The notes beneath the pieces were generated by a model. The model was given only the letters and a program-made list of their open reading frames with translations. It was not told the origin of the DNA and ran no database searches. The translations under genes were made by a program, and so were the position numbers. A DNA stretch of 62,884 nucleotides, filler included, from Octopus bimaculoides (Eukaryota), in assembly GCF_001194135.2 (NCBI RefSeq). It is 6 parts of 6 records of this genome, joined end to end, with 100 filler letters (N's around TTAATTAATTAA, not from the genome) between each part and the next. Parts side by side here need not be neighbours in the genome. Positions count along the whole stretch, not along the records: positions 20,649 to 29,777 come from NC_068982.1; positions 29,878 to 47,856 come from NC_068987.1; 4 more parts are not named here. One strand, given 5' to 3'. Within the stretch, counting starts at the first letter, position 1. Each line of letters starts with the position of its first letter. Below are positions 25,597 to 38,225 of this stretch, piece by piece.

Positions 25597-25654
25597 TTGT
25601 ACCTGTATTAGCAGGAGGGCTGTCCACCTATCCAGATTTTGCATGATTACTCGA

Positions 25655-26647
25655 CCTTCCACCCTTCCGTCTACTCAGTTAGCCGGTCATCCACCCATCC
25701 ATGCATGCACCTGCCCAACCAACCAACCAACCAGCCAGACTTCACCCAACCGCCCATTCATCCATCGACGTATTCAAATAGCCAGTTTTCATCTACTCAT
25801 CAATCCATGTGGATGAGCAGACGAATATGCATATAAACAAACACCTATCTACGTAAATTTTGCACGATCACTCGACCTGCCACAAGTAGCAACCAAATTT
25901 CCTGTTAATCACACTTTACACTTTTAAAGGGAGACAATTAAGTACATGTGGTTCTACATGCACTCTGTTCTCTTATTCTTTTACTTGTTTCAGTTATTTC
26001 AATGCCACCATACTGGAGCACCGTCTTGAAGGATTTTCGTCGAACAAATCGACCCCAGGACTTATTTTGGAAGCCTAGTACTTATTCTTCTATCATTCTC
26101 TTTTTGCCGAACCGCTAATTTACGGGGATAAAACCAGTTGTCGAGCGGTGGTGATGGGGGTGACAAACACAGACGCAAAGGCGTCCAGAGGTAAAATATA
26201 GATGAGAACCACACTCTTCGATCTACCAGTCTATCTATCTATATATCTGTCTATCAAACCAGCCTTGCAGCCGCACAGTGGTCCGCTTGTCTTCCCATCA
26301 CGATACGCCTGTCCCTTATCCATCCATCTGCCCAGCTTCTTCCCAGTTATACGCCCCTATTCCTCCATCTAATTTATCTACGTATTCATCTACACAAGCA
26401 GCTATCATTAAACCTTCCACCCTTCCGTCTAATCAGTAGGCCAGTCATCCACCCATCCATGCATGCACCTGTCCAACCAACCAACCAACCAACCAACCAA
26501 CCAACCAACCAACCAACCAGCCAACCAACCAACCAGCCAGACTTCACCCAACCGCCCATTCATCCATCCACCTATTCAAATAGCCAGTTTGTCATCTACT
26601 CATCAATCCATGTGGATGAGCAGACGAATATGCATATAAACAAACAC
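25655..26647 (+). repeat. Direct duplication of a ~190-230-bp segment (25655-25845 and 26414-26647)
   Basis: CCTTCCACCCTTCCGTCTA...ATGCATATAAACAAACAC occurs twice with different (CCAA)n lengths; a family D 3' fragment (25969-26177, minus) lies between. Confidence 0.85.
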
Positions 26648-27284
26648 TTCTCTGGACGTTATCCAAAGGCATGGGTGCATGGGCCATCATANNNNNNNNN
26701 NNNNNNNNNNNNNNNNNNNNNNNNNNNNNNNNNNNNNNNNNNNNNNNNNNNNNNNNNNNNNNNNNNNNNNNNNNNNNNNNNNNNNNNNNNNNNNNNNNNN
26801 NNNNNNNNNNNNNNNNNNNNNNNNNNNNNNNNNNNNNNNNNNNNNNNNNNNNNNNNNNNNNNNNNNNNNNNNNNNNNNNNNNNNNNNNNNNNNNNNNNNN
26901 NNNNNNNNNNNNNNNNNNNNNNNNNNNNNNNNNNNNNNNNNNNNNNNNNNNNNNNNNNNNNNNNNNNNNNNNNNNNNNNNNNNNNNNNNNNNNNNNNNNN
27001 NNNNNNNNNNNNNGATGACGATGATGATGATCTGCAAAGTGAAAACAAAAATGTGTAAGCTTAGTACTATGATAGGATCTATTCAAAGTAATTGTTGCGT
27101 TGGGAATGATAAAAAAAGGGAGCTGAGAAGTATATTGAGCAACTGCCTGGTAACTCCAATCTCCGTGAACTACAAAAGATAACCTTGATGGGTACAGCCC
27201 ATATACTCCATTACTCTCCATCTAAAATGGAATAAATGTGATGATAATTTATAATAATAATAATAATAATGATTGGGTACTGTA

Positions 27285-27368
27285 AGCACTACTGGGTACT
27301 GCACAGCACTACTGGGTACTGCACAGCACTACTGGGTACTGCACACAGCACTACTGGGTACTGCACAC
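27285..27368 (+). repeat. 20-bp minisatellite (CACTACTGGGTACTGCACAG), about 4 units
   Basis: Direct reading of tandem units. Confidence 0.9.
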
Positions 27369-27554
27369 ATTCTACGCAAAACACTTTCAATACAGTAAAC
27401 ATAAGAGCACCACAGCAAACCACAGCACATACCCAAGGCGCACAGAGCTGCGCTCGGTAGTGAAGTGAAAGCACGTTATAAAAATAAAACNNNNNNNNNN
27501 AACAATAATAATAATAATAATAAATGATAAATAATAATAATAATAATAATAATG

Positions 27555-27619
<65 letters not shown>

Positions 27620-27704
27620 CCTTTCTATTATAGGCACAAGGCCTGAAATTAACGTAATATAAATAAAATGTCATATCATTAGGAGCGTGTCGAATCATTA
27701 TGTT

Positions 27705-27743
<39 letters not shown>

Positions 27744-27744
27744 A

Positions 27745-28171
27745 TACTCTTTTTACTCTTTTTACTTGTTTCAGTCATTTCACTGCGGCCATGCTGGAGC
27801 ACCGCCTTTAGTCGAGCAAATCGACCCCAGGACTTATTCTTTGTAAGTCTAGTACTTATTCTATCGGTCTCTTTTTGCCAAACCGCTAGCTTACGGGGAT
27901 GTAAACACACCAGCATCGGTTGTCAAGCTATGCTGGGGGGACAAACACAGATACACAAACATATACACACACGCACACATATATATATATATATACATAC
28001 ATACATATATATACGACGGGCTTCTTTCAGTTTCCGTCTACCAAATCCACTCACAAGGCTTTGGTCGGCCCGAGGCTATAGTAGAAGACACTTGCCCAAG
28101 GTGCCACGCAGTGGGACTGAACCCGGAACTATGTGGTTCGTAAGCAAGCTACTTACCACACAGCCACTCCT
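27745..28171 (-). mobile_element. Family D SINE, full length (tRNA-like head, CORE-like motif, internal TA/GT microsatellite, AAAAGAGT-type tail)
   Basis: Minus: GGAGTGGCTGTGTGGTAAGTAGCTTGC...GGTTCAGTCCC...ACCTTGGGCAAGTG...GCGGTGCTCCAGCATGGCCGCAG...AAGTAAAAAGAG. Confidence 0.92.
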
Positions 28172-28848
28172 ACGCCTTATGTGTCTTTGTGTATGTTTCT
28201 CTCCCCAACCAATGCTTTTCAACCGAGGTTGGTGTGTTTACTTGGGTCGTTAAGTTCGATTAAAATTCTTTAGGGTTGTGCCCCAGTATGGTCGCAGTCT
28301 AATGACTAAAACAGGTAAAAGCTAAAAGATATATTCGGGTTCGTTTATTTCTCATTCCCTATCGTTGTTGTGGTTGATTATGGACGGCAATCAGTTTATC
28401 ATATTACATTCATATTTTTTAAAGTAAACTTTACCAAAGACTAAAAAAAAACGACAGATGCATATATCGACCCCTATCCACCCCCACCGTGTGTCACCAG
28501 CATGCTTATAACATTTTCCACCACTCTTAGGCAAGCCGGAACCGCCCACTTTGCAAAGTGTTGCTATTTAGTGCTGTAGAGTATACGTGTATGTATCAAA
28601 CATTGTGTAATACGGTTGAGTGTGTGATAAGAAGTTTTCTTCTCAACAGTATGTTTCTGAGTTCAGTCCCGCTGCGTAGTGGAAGTTCATCGTAAAAATG
28701 TATACATAATCTGTGTATGTGTGTGTGTGTGTGTGTGTTATAGATATATATGTATGTAAACATGTTTGTATGTAAGTATACTATATATACATATCCGTTT
28801 AGTATAAATTGTCGGAAAAAGAATATGCAATTCAGTAGTAGAGATTTT

Positions 28849-28911
<63 letters not shown>

Positions 28912-29169
28912 GTATAATTTTGGTCGAGTCAGCCTCTTGCTACTCTGAGTTTCACCTGTAGGCACACAGGATCTTTAGAGAAGTTGTGACATACATACCA
29001 AGTATGGGTTCTACGCGGTTTCCGACTCTCAGAAAAGCATTCATTGGTCAGAGCGGAGAGTAGAATTCACTTCCCCGCGAGAACGCGCAATGGGGGTGAA
29101 ATCAAGAGCACGTGGTTATATAGCGAGTTCTTATATAGCGAGCTTGGACATCTCTCGAACTAGACAGCT

Positions 29170-29235
29170 CTTGTCAGACCGTCCAACCCATGCCAGCATG
29201 GAAAACGAATGTTAAATGATGATGATGATGATGAT
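29170..29235 (+). mobile_element. Short 3' tail of RTE-like repeat family G
   Basis: GTCAGACCGTCCAACCCATGCCAGCATGGAAAACGAATGTTAAATGATGATG matches 58850-58900. Confidence 0.75.
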
Positions 29236-30407
29236 TTCTCACATCCCTTTTTTTCTTCAAGAAAAAATAAAAAAAGCTACGAAGGAGCGAAGGAGCACCT
29301 GGTATGAAATATTTATCTGGAAGCTTTTCATGTGTTATGCGTGCGTATTCGTGTACACACACACACGCATTTATATATGTGTGTATAAATTTACGTATAT
29401 ATTTATATATGTGTATATATTTACGCATATATAAAGTACATGTATTTATATTTATAATGAAAAAAAAGGTGTGATCTTTGGTCCTTTTATCAGTAGACCA
29501 TAAAACAAAATTTGGTTATAAAAAGAAAAAGAAAACCAAAATTACAGAACAGCCTTTGAAGAACTTGAACTTGTCTATCGGGAGCGTATACTGAGTAAAA
29601 CTTTCGATTTTAAACCGGAAACAGGAAGTTGATTCGGTGTCAAAGGGGAGTAAAGCAGCAGACGATTTTGTTTGGAATGGACTGAGGAATGTCAAAATAA
29701 TCTTCGAAATATTCAAGATGTCAATGACAAGGAGAGAGAGAGAGCAAAGGATATATATATATATATATATATATATANNNNNNNNNNNNNNNNNNNNNNN
29801 NNNNNNNNNNNNNNNNNNNNNTTAATTAATTAANNNNNNNNNNNNNNNNNNNNNNNNNNNNNNNNNNNNNNNNNNNNATATATATGTATATAGAGAGAGA
29901 AGTAAGTAGGCATATACATACATATGTGCACACACACTCTCATATGCATACGTGCATCCATCCATACAAACACAAATACATACACACACACATATGTACA
30001 TACATATTGATTTTCACAATCATATCTTCTGTTCTCAGAGAGTTACGTCTTTTTCCTTGTGCTTATTTTTACATAACTTGTTTTGTAATTTTTTTGGCTG
30101 TTGTTTTTCCACTTATTCCTTGTAATTCTTGTTGCTTTTGTCATTTCTGTTTCTTTGTATAATGAACGATGTTATTGATATTATTTATATTGTATTTATC
30201 ATCATCATCATTCTTTCTGTCCGCCCCTTCCTCCCTCCTTCTCCTCCTCCTCCGCCTCCTCCTCCACTTTCGCTTCCTCCACCTCCTCTTCGTCTTCCTC
30301 GTCGTCGTCGTCTTCGTCGTCGTCTTCGTCGTCGTCTTCGTCGTCGTCTTCGTCGTTGTCGTCATCATCATCATCAACACTATTTAAAAAAAAAATGTTT
30401 ACTTACC

Positions 30408-33400
30408 TTAAGGCGGCGAGCTGGCAAAATCGTTAGCACGCTGGGCGAAATGTTTAGCAGCATTTCTCCCGTCTTTATGTTCTGAGCTCAAATTCCACCG
30501 ATGTCTACTTTGCCTTTCATCCTTTCGTTGTCGATAAATTAAGTACCAGTTGCGTACTGAGGTCGATATAATCAACTGGTCCCCCCCCCCCAAAGTTCGG
30601 GCCTTGTGCCTATAGTAGAAAATATTATCCGTAGCCTTTTCGAGATATTTATATTCGTAATGTCTTCCCCGTGTTGCCCTTATTAGCAGATGAAGCTATA
30701 TTTTTCATTCTTTTTTACTAGTAGCTATATAAAGAAAAAACATCAACATTTCTAACAGAAATATCCTTATCGTCAAGGTTTTTATCATCGTAATCATCAT
30801 TTTGTCATCCTTCTATTCGTAACCATCACGTATCTTATCACCCCCTTTCCGCTACGATAACTAACAGCAATCCTATTCCTTATCTTTTAATGCAAACATT
30901 TAATATATAATAAGGCGGTGATCTGGCTGAATCGTTAGCATGCCGGGCAAAATGTTTCGTGATATTTCATTCGTCTTTACGTTCTGAGTTCAAATGCCGC
31001 CGGGATCGACTTTGTCTGTCATCATTTCTGGGTCAAAAAAAAAAAAAAAAGTAGCGGGTAATTTGCATTGACACTGGAATCAATGTAATCAACTTACTAC
31101 TCCTTAGAAATCGGTGGCTTTGTGCCCGCTAAAAGAAGCACCAGTTAAGAACTGGGGTCCATCAATCGATTCACCCACTCTCATAAAATTGCTGATATTG
31201 TGCAAATGTTTGTAAACAATATATTTAAGGCAAAATGAATTACATCAGTAAAAGAACATACTTCAATTCCTGAATGTGTCCATTAATTTGGATTTGTTAT
31301 AAAAGAAAAAAACAATCACCGGTGGATGCGAATTTTATCGACTACATCATTTTCGTTCAAGGAGGGTGATTGGCAGAATCGGTTGACCTGGGCAAAACAT
31401 TTTTAGTTATTTGTTATGGTTCTTTACATCTTGGCTTCAAATCACGTAGAAATTAACTTTAATTTAACTCCTTGAAATATAGGAGCCGCCAGTTACTGGA
31501 GTCGACGTAGTCAGCTGTTCTTCTATATAAGAAATGGCCTGATTCCTATATTTACAATTAGTTTCAAAATGGGCTTAAGGCTGCGAGCTGGCAGAACTGT
31601 TGGCACACCAGGCAAAATGCTTAGTGGTGTTCCGTTCAACTTTACTTTCTGCGTTCAAATTCTGTCGAAGTAGACTTTGCCTTAAATCCTCTTGGCGTTG
31701 ATGAAATAAGTATCATTCAAATACTAGGTCGATGTAATCGATTAGCTCTCGCCTCTAAAATTTCAGTCTTTGTGTCTATTGTAGAAAGAATTATGCTTTC
31801 CGTATCTTTGCCTTCTGAGTTCCTGTTAAGCGAATGTTGAACTTAACGTTGGTCATTTTTGATACAATATGTCCTCTTAAAGTTTCAGTTGTTAGTATAT
31901 TCGTTTCACCAAATGTATCCCTTATTACTTAATATTCGTTTCAAATGTTTGCACATGGCTAGAAATATCGCGGGAAGCTGTAAGTCGATTAATTTCAAAG
32001 CTAGTGCTCGACTGGTAATTATTTTATCGACTTCAGGATGATGAAAGACAAAGTAGACCTCGGTGGAAATTGAACTCGGAACATTTAGGCAGTCAAAATG
32101 TTGTTACGCATTTTGCCAGGCATGCTGATGGTTTCGCCAGCTCTCCGCGTTCTACAGCAAGTATTATTATGACTTTGTATAAGCGCAGATGGTTTGCGAT
32201 TTGGGAGACTATGTAGAACGCTGACAAAAAGAAGATAATTGCTTTGCAGCATTTGTTTCGGCTATTTTCGAAATAAAATCTTGCTGAGATCAACTTTGTT
32301 TATTGTCCTTCCAGAACGATAAAATAAAGTGCCAACCATTTTTTGGGCCGATGTAATCGACCTTTCCCTCTCCTCAAATTTGTTTGTCAAAAATTTGAAA
32401 CCATTATTATCAGTTAACGGGATTTTAATATTTACCTTACCTTTTTACCCAATGTAAACCCGCTCATCCGTTTCTTTAATTTTCTTTTCTCTTTTGTCTT
32501 TTTGTTGCCCTTAACAATCTAGACCCTTCTACTTAATAATTGTTCCTGAACTAAGGAAAAAGCTAACACATTTGGTGGGTAAATGTTAATCGATACCATC
32601 GAACGCAGTACTTAACTGATATTATATTCGTTTCCACATGTTGAAAACCAAAGTTGACATTGGTGGCTTTAAACTCAGAAAGTAAAGAGTCGGAACAAAT
32701 AATGTAAAGCCTAATTTTCTTTTTTTTTTTTTTTTGTACTATTTATCCCCAAGGTATAAAGGGCTCTGTTAGCTCACCGCGTTCCTTATATCTAATAATA
32801 GAAAACATTAAGGTGGCGATCTGGCAGTATCTTTAACCCGCCGGACAAAAGCGCTTAGCGATATTTCGTCCGTGTTTTTTGCTCTGAGTACGAATTTCGC
32901 CGTTATCGTGTTTGTCTTTTGTCCTTTTGGGATCAAGGAAATAATCACTAGTTCCGCACTGGGGATGATGTAATAGACTAAGTCTCGTACCTCAAAACTG
33001 CAAGCCCTGTGTTGATAATAGAAAGGAATATTAGAAACCATTTAATACAGTTCTATATTTAAGAGATGAGGAATTATGTACATTACTTACATTATTTACT
33101 ATTGACGGATATTTGTCCTTATCTTGTTTGTTAACACAACATTTCGGCTGATATACTCTCCAGCTTTCATCTTGGGGAAGTTTCGAACCTGGGTTCTCAT
33201 TCCTAAAGTATTTTCGATGTTATTATTATTATTAATATCATCATTATTATTATTATCATTATGGTCACTGCTTGGAATCGAACTCGGAATCTTTGGGTTA
33301 GCAGCCCGCGTTCTTAACCACTATTCTGTATTTTATTTATCCTTTCTTGTAGTTCTTTTCTAATCTAGGCACAAGGCCCGAAATTTGGGGGGAGGGAGGG

Positions 33401-34800
33401 AACCAGTCGATTAGATCGGCCCCAGTACGCAACTGACACTTAATTTATCGAACCCGAAAGGATGAAAGGCAAAGTCAACTTCGGCGGAATTTGAACTCAG
33501 ATCGTAAAGACATACGAAATACCGCTAAGCATTTTGCTCGGTTTGCTATCGAGCCTACCAGCTCGCCGCCTATCCTTTCCTGTAATTAAAGGCGGCTAAC
33601 TGTCAAAATCATTAATACACCAAATAAAATTTTAAAAAACGTTGCTTTCAGCATTACATTCCGAGTTTAAATGCTCTGAAGGTCGAATTTGCATTTCATA
33701 ACTCCTAGGTCGATTAAGTCTCAGTTGAGCATTTGGGACAACTTAATAGACTTCCCTTCTCCTCAAAACGCTGGCATTGTGCTAAAATTAGAAAGAATTA
33801 TTACTGCTACTCAGTTATACAGTTTGTAATTATGAATATTCTGCATAAATTTAATAAGATTTCTAAACGTCATAATTTGTGGCATAACGTCTCCGATATT
33901 CTCGTTTTCCCCTATAATCCTCATGTTTTGTTTCCCCTTTGTAACTGGTCTATTGCATGGGTTAATGAGCGCTGGATAATCAGTGATCACGCAAATCATA
34001 CGCATCTGGTGTCTCGCCACTAATATTTGTTTCCAAATTTAGTGCGATAGTTTTTAGAAACACTAATCACTGAACGAAATATAATACTTTATTTAATGTC
34101 CAGTTCAAATGTTACCTATGACTACTGTAAATTTCACCCTTCTCAAAAGTTTAAAGAATTAAGAGCAGTCGAATACTGGGATCAATATAATCGATCATCG
34201 TCTCCCTTATAGCACACCGCTTTATGCTAAATGTTACTGTTTTGTGGTGATTCACGTGTAATGGCTCCGCTCAAAGATGTCGCAATTATTTCAAGGAATA
34301 CAATGACATATGTATCCTTCCTTTTTTTTTTACGGTGATACATAGTGGTGTGAATATTACTGATATGTAAGGCGGCGAGCTGGCAGAAACGTGAGCACAC
34401 CGGGTGAAATGCTAAATGGTATTTCGTCTGTCTTTATGGTCCGAGTCCAAATTCCGCCGAGGTCGACTTTGCCTTTCGTCCTTTCGGCTCCATAAATTAA
34501 GTACAATTGCGCACTGGGATCGATCTAATCGACTGGCCCACTCCCCAAATATTTGTGCCTAGAGTAGAAAAGAATATTGCTGATAGGTTTAACAGAGTCA
34601 GCGATTATGTAAGGGTTACCTTCTTTTACGTTCTATTCAAATATTACACAGAATAGTGGCTGGCATAGTAAGTAGTGGCTTTCTGTAATGATTTATGTTG
34701 ATATGCGTTCTGTGTTCAAATTCTGCAATACTGTGAAATTATTTCTCCTCTGGCCGATGAAATAAGAATCAGTCAAGTATTAGGATCAATGCAATTAACT
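30408..34800. mobile_element. Dense cluster of about 12 family C SINE copies or fragments in both orientations
   Basis: Plus copies near 30408, 30911, 31576, 32808, 33586 and 34367; minus copies at ~31955-32147, 32570-32710 and 33350-33573; further fragments. Shared head TAAGGCGGCGAGCTGGCAGAATCGTTAGC and central GCCTTTCATCCTTTCGGGGTCGATAAATTAAGTACCAG. Confidence 0.88.
33046..33326 (-). mobile_element. Family E element, full length, HHR core partly deleted
   Basis: Minus: GAATAGTGGTTAAGAACGCGGGCTGCTAACCCAAAGATTCCGAGTTCGATTCC, (AAT)n, AACATCGAAAATAC...CCAAGATGAAAGCTGG...CAGCCGAAATGTTGTGTT...AAATATAGAACTGTA. Confidence 0.85.
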
Positions 34801-36979
34801 TTGCTCTGAAGTAATGAACGTAATGCTAAGGCGGAGACAAACCTTACCTGCCATTGTGTGAGACTGTACGATATACTTCACTCTGCTAGAATTAGTCACA
34901 TCTATGTCAAACTGAATTTTTCTTTTCAAACAATAGGGGACAAGATCTATATGCTAGTCTTCGTTATGATGACTATATTCTAGTATTGAACACTACGATG
35001 TAACCTTTTTTTTTGTGTGTATTCAAGAAAATGTTTCTGGCCTTCCAATTGATCTGATAATATCAATTGTTTGTTTGCTGTTTCTCTCGCTGCTGGGAAC
35101 CTAGCATGAAAGAACTTAGAAACCTACTGACACAATACTTTCATTGTATTTCAGATAGCAAATCTTCACAAAACCATGTCTATGGTGATTTACTCTGAAG
35201 AAACCATCGGATAATGTGAAGAAAGATACACAGAGTGTATAGCAAAATGTAGAGGTTGTCACGCGTGGAATGTCTTTGATCATAAATTTGTAAAATCAGG
35301 GCAAAACGAAAGCTAAACAGCAACGAAACGTGAGAAATATTTCTACTAATACTTCTCATTATTCACACCTTTATAATAAAGTGTTTTAAATGTCTGTTTG
35401 ATTTGCAATTATGTTCCTATACATCGGGGAATGACAAATTAATGTTGTAATATTCAGACACTGGAGTCTTAATCAAATTAGACTGGAGCTGGTATTATGA
35501 TTATTGTTATCCATGCTGAGATCTCACATTTATTCAAACAGATCCTAAAATTGAAGAGGATTGGGTAAGAAGTTTGCCGTAAAATTAAATTTTATATGCA
35601 GCTTTATTTTATTCATTGGAAAATGCAGTTTCTAAATTTAATCCAAAATTCTTGCTGTTATTTCAAGCGTCACTGACACAACTGCAATAATTCACAATAA
35701 TTCACAGATTCACAGGAATATATTTTAATGGGTCTGACATTGACCGGTAGCATTTGTTCTTTATTTGTTTTTATGCTCTGGTGGTCACAGTGGATATACA
35801 TTGGTGGAATTTTTAATCTTTATTCTGGGTAACGTCCAGTTACCTGTTAGCGTTGTCACTGGTTATTTAGTTTGCCTCATTTTTTTTTTATCTCTTCCAG
35901 GTATTCGGAACATTTTCATAACTCTCAAAAAACGATTGTTCACTTTAGTTTCATGTCATTTGTTGTTATTGAAATTTCTTCTAGGTTCACAAATATATCT
36001 TTTTCAAGTTATTTGTTGGAGATTCCCTCCACAATCAGAAGAAATTCTAATATCTCTATATTATCTCTTGCAGGCAACAATGTGTAAAACCATCTTATTT
36101 AACTCTCTTCATATGAGAGTTAACTTAGTTTTGAGACAAGCTTTATTACTCTTCGACCTACTCCGAATACATTTTCAGACGCTATCTTATCAATGCTATT
36201 TGCAATAGATTGAAAATTTGTTCGTCCTAGATGCTAGAAAGATCTTATGAATACCACCAAGCTGTTTACTTCGTATAGCTTCTCTTTCACGTATTCCCCA
36301 CAAGCTCTGATGGTTGCCTGTCAAAAACTACAGACAAGTTATCCTAATGTATTTCCTTCAGATCTTCAATTATTTCATGTTATCTTTTTTTGTGCAGTTA
36401 TTTTTTCTTATGCTCTTTTCACTTATCGACAGGATTTCAGCATTTTTCCCGTTTCATTCTTGCTCTGTTGAAATTAATCAGGTTCACTACTATCGAAAAC
36501 TTTCTCCTATATTTTTGTGTTAGTCGCATCGAAAACAATCACATTCTCATTGATCACTTGACGTAGGTCAATAATGATTATCAGAAGAATCAAAGTATGA
36601 GGCAACAACTATTATGTTACACTACATAGTGTGGGGCGAGATAAGCAAATGGGCAAAATGGGTAAGTGGGGGCAATATGCGTGATTTCTGATTTCTTGGT
36701 ATTCTTTTATCTATCTGTTTCAAAGCATTACATTAAAAGTATTGCCTCATCATTTTGTTCTGTTGCATCATATTTGGGAATAGAAATTGGTCAGCATAGT
36801 CATTGTTGAACTTGAGTGTTTGAAACAGAGGTAGCAGGTAATTCAGGTAATTTTTTTATGGACCTTTTCCTCAGGTTTGACCCCGATAATAATTGTTAAT
36901 AAACTATATGGATAATGATTGGTATCTATCAATCAAAATTCGTCTCTGTCAATTCTTTCCAAAACTAATACATAATTTA

Positions 36980-37341
36980 TGGAGGCGCAATGGCCCAGTG
37001 GTTAGGGCAGCAGACTCGCGGTCATAGGGTCGCGGTTTCGATTCCCAGACCTGGCGTTGTAAGTGCTTATTGATTACTTAAAGCTCCACGAGGCTCCGGC
37101 TGGGGTGGTGGCGACCCTTGCTGTACTCTTTCACCACAACTTTCTATCGCTCTTTATTCCTGTTTCTGTTGTACCTGTATTTTAAAGGGCCAGCCTTGTG
37201 ACACGCTGAATCTCCCCGAGCACTACACTAAGGGTACACGTGTCTCTGGAGTGCTCAGCCACTTGCACGTTAATTTCACGAGCAGGCTGTTCATCCGATT
37301 ACATCAACTGGAACCCTCATCGTAGTAACCGACGGAATGCC
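36980..37341 (+). mobile_element. Family A SINE nested in the CR1 remnant
   Basis: Aligns end to end with 49620-50000. Confidence 0.9.
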
Positions 37342-37802
37342 GTAGAAATACCTAATTTAATAATTTTCAATTTTCAAAAGGTGATGTCACATATGGGGCA
37401 TAATGAGTAATGCCTAACTTCAATATTTATTTCTTTTTAATCGCATGGTGCGTTAATATAATAGGAAGAGACCCCCACCCACCGAAAATCCTAATGAAGC
37501 AATGAAGAATATTCTATATTGAGTTTTTAGATTTTGTCGAGTTTCGTTAATTTCATATTATGTACCATTTTTCCAGTATCCTCTTTTATTTTAACTATTT
37601 ATTTTACATCTTTTGGCAATTTTACATCTTTTGGCAATTACATCTTTCGGAATTTTCTGATGTCTAGGGATAGATATTGATGGGCATAAGCCTTTTTCCA
37701 ACGTAATTCTGCATTGGTGAAGAGGTCAATTTATCTTATTTTATTTAACACATTTTGATTTTTATATGCCCAAGCAGAACAGGAATAATTTTCTTGAATA
37801 AT

Positions 37803-38225
37803 GAGGCTGTGTGGTAAGTAGCTTCTTTACCAACAACACTGTTCCGGGTTCAGTCCCATTGCGTGGCATCTTGGCAAATGTCTTCTACTATAGCCTCGGG
37901 CCGACCAAAGCCTTGTGAGTGGATTTGGTAGACGGAAACTGACAGAAGCCCGTCGTATATATGTATATATTTATATATATGTGTATGTATGTGTATATAT
38001 GTTTGTGTATGTCTGTGTTTGTCCCCCCCCCCATCTTCGCTTGACAACCGATGCTGGTGTGTTTACGTCCCCGTAACTTAGCGGTTCGGCAAAAGAGACC
38101 GATAGAATAAGTACTAGGTTTACAAAGAATAAGTTCTGGGGTTGATTTGCTTGGCTAAAGGCGGTGACCCAGCATGGCCGCTGTCAAATGACTGAAACAG
38201 TAAAAGAGTAAAAGAGTAAAGAGTA
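37803..38225 (+). mobile_element. Family D SINE, near full length, nested in the CR1 remnant
   Basis: Aligns with the reverse complement of 27745-28171; tail (AAAAGAGT)n. Confidence 0.92.

Noticed and set aside
35765-36208. 147-aa hydrophobic plus-strand ORF
   Set aside because: Antisense shadow of the CR1 RT C-terminus.
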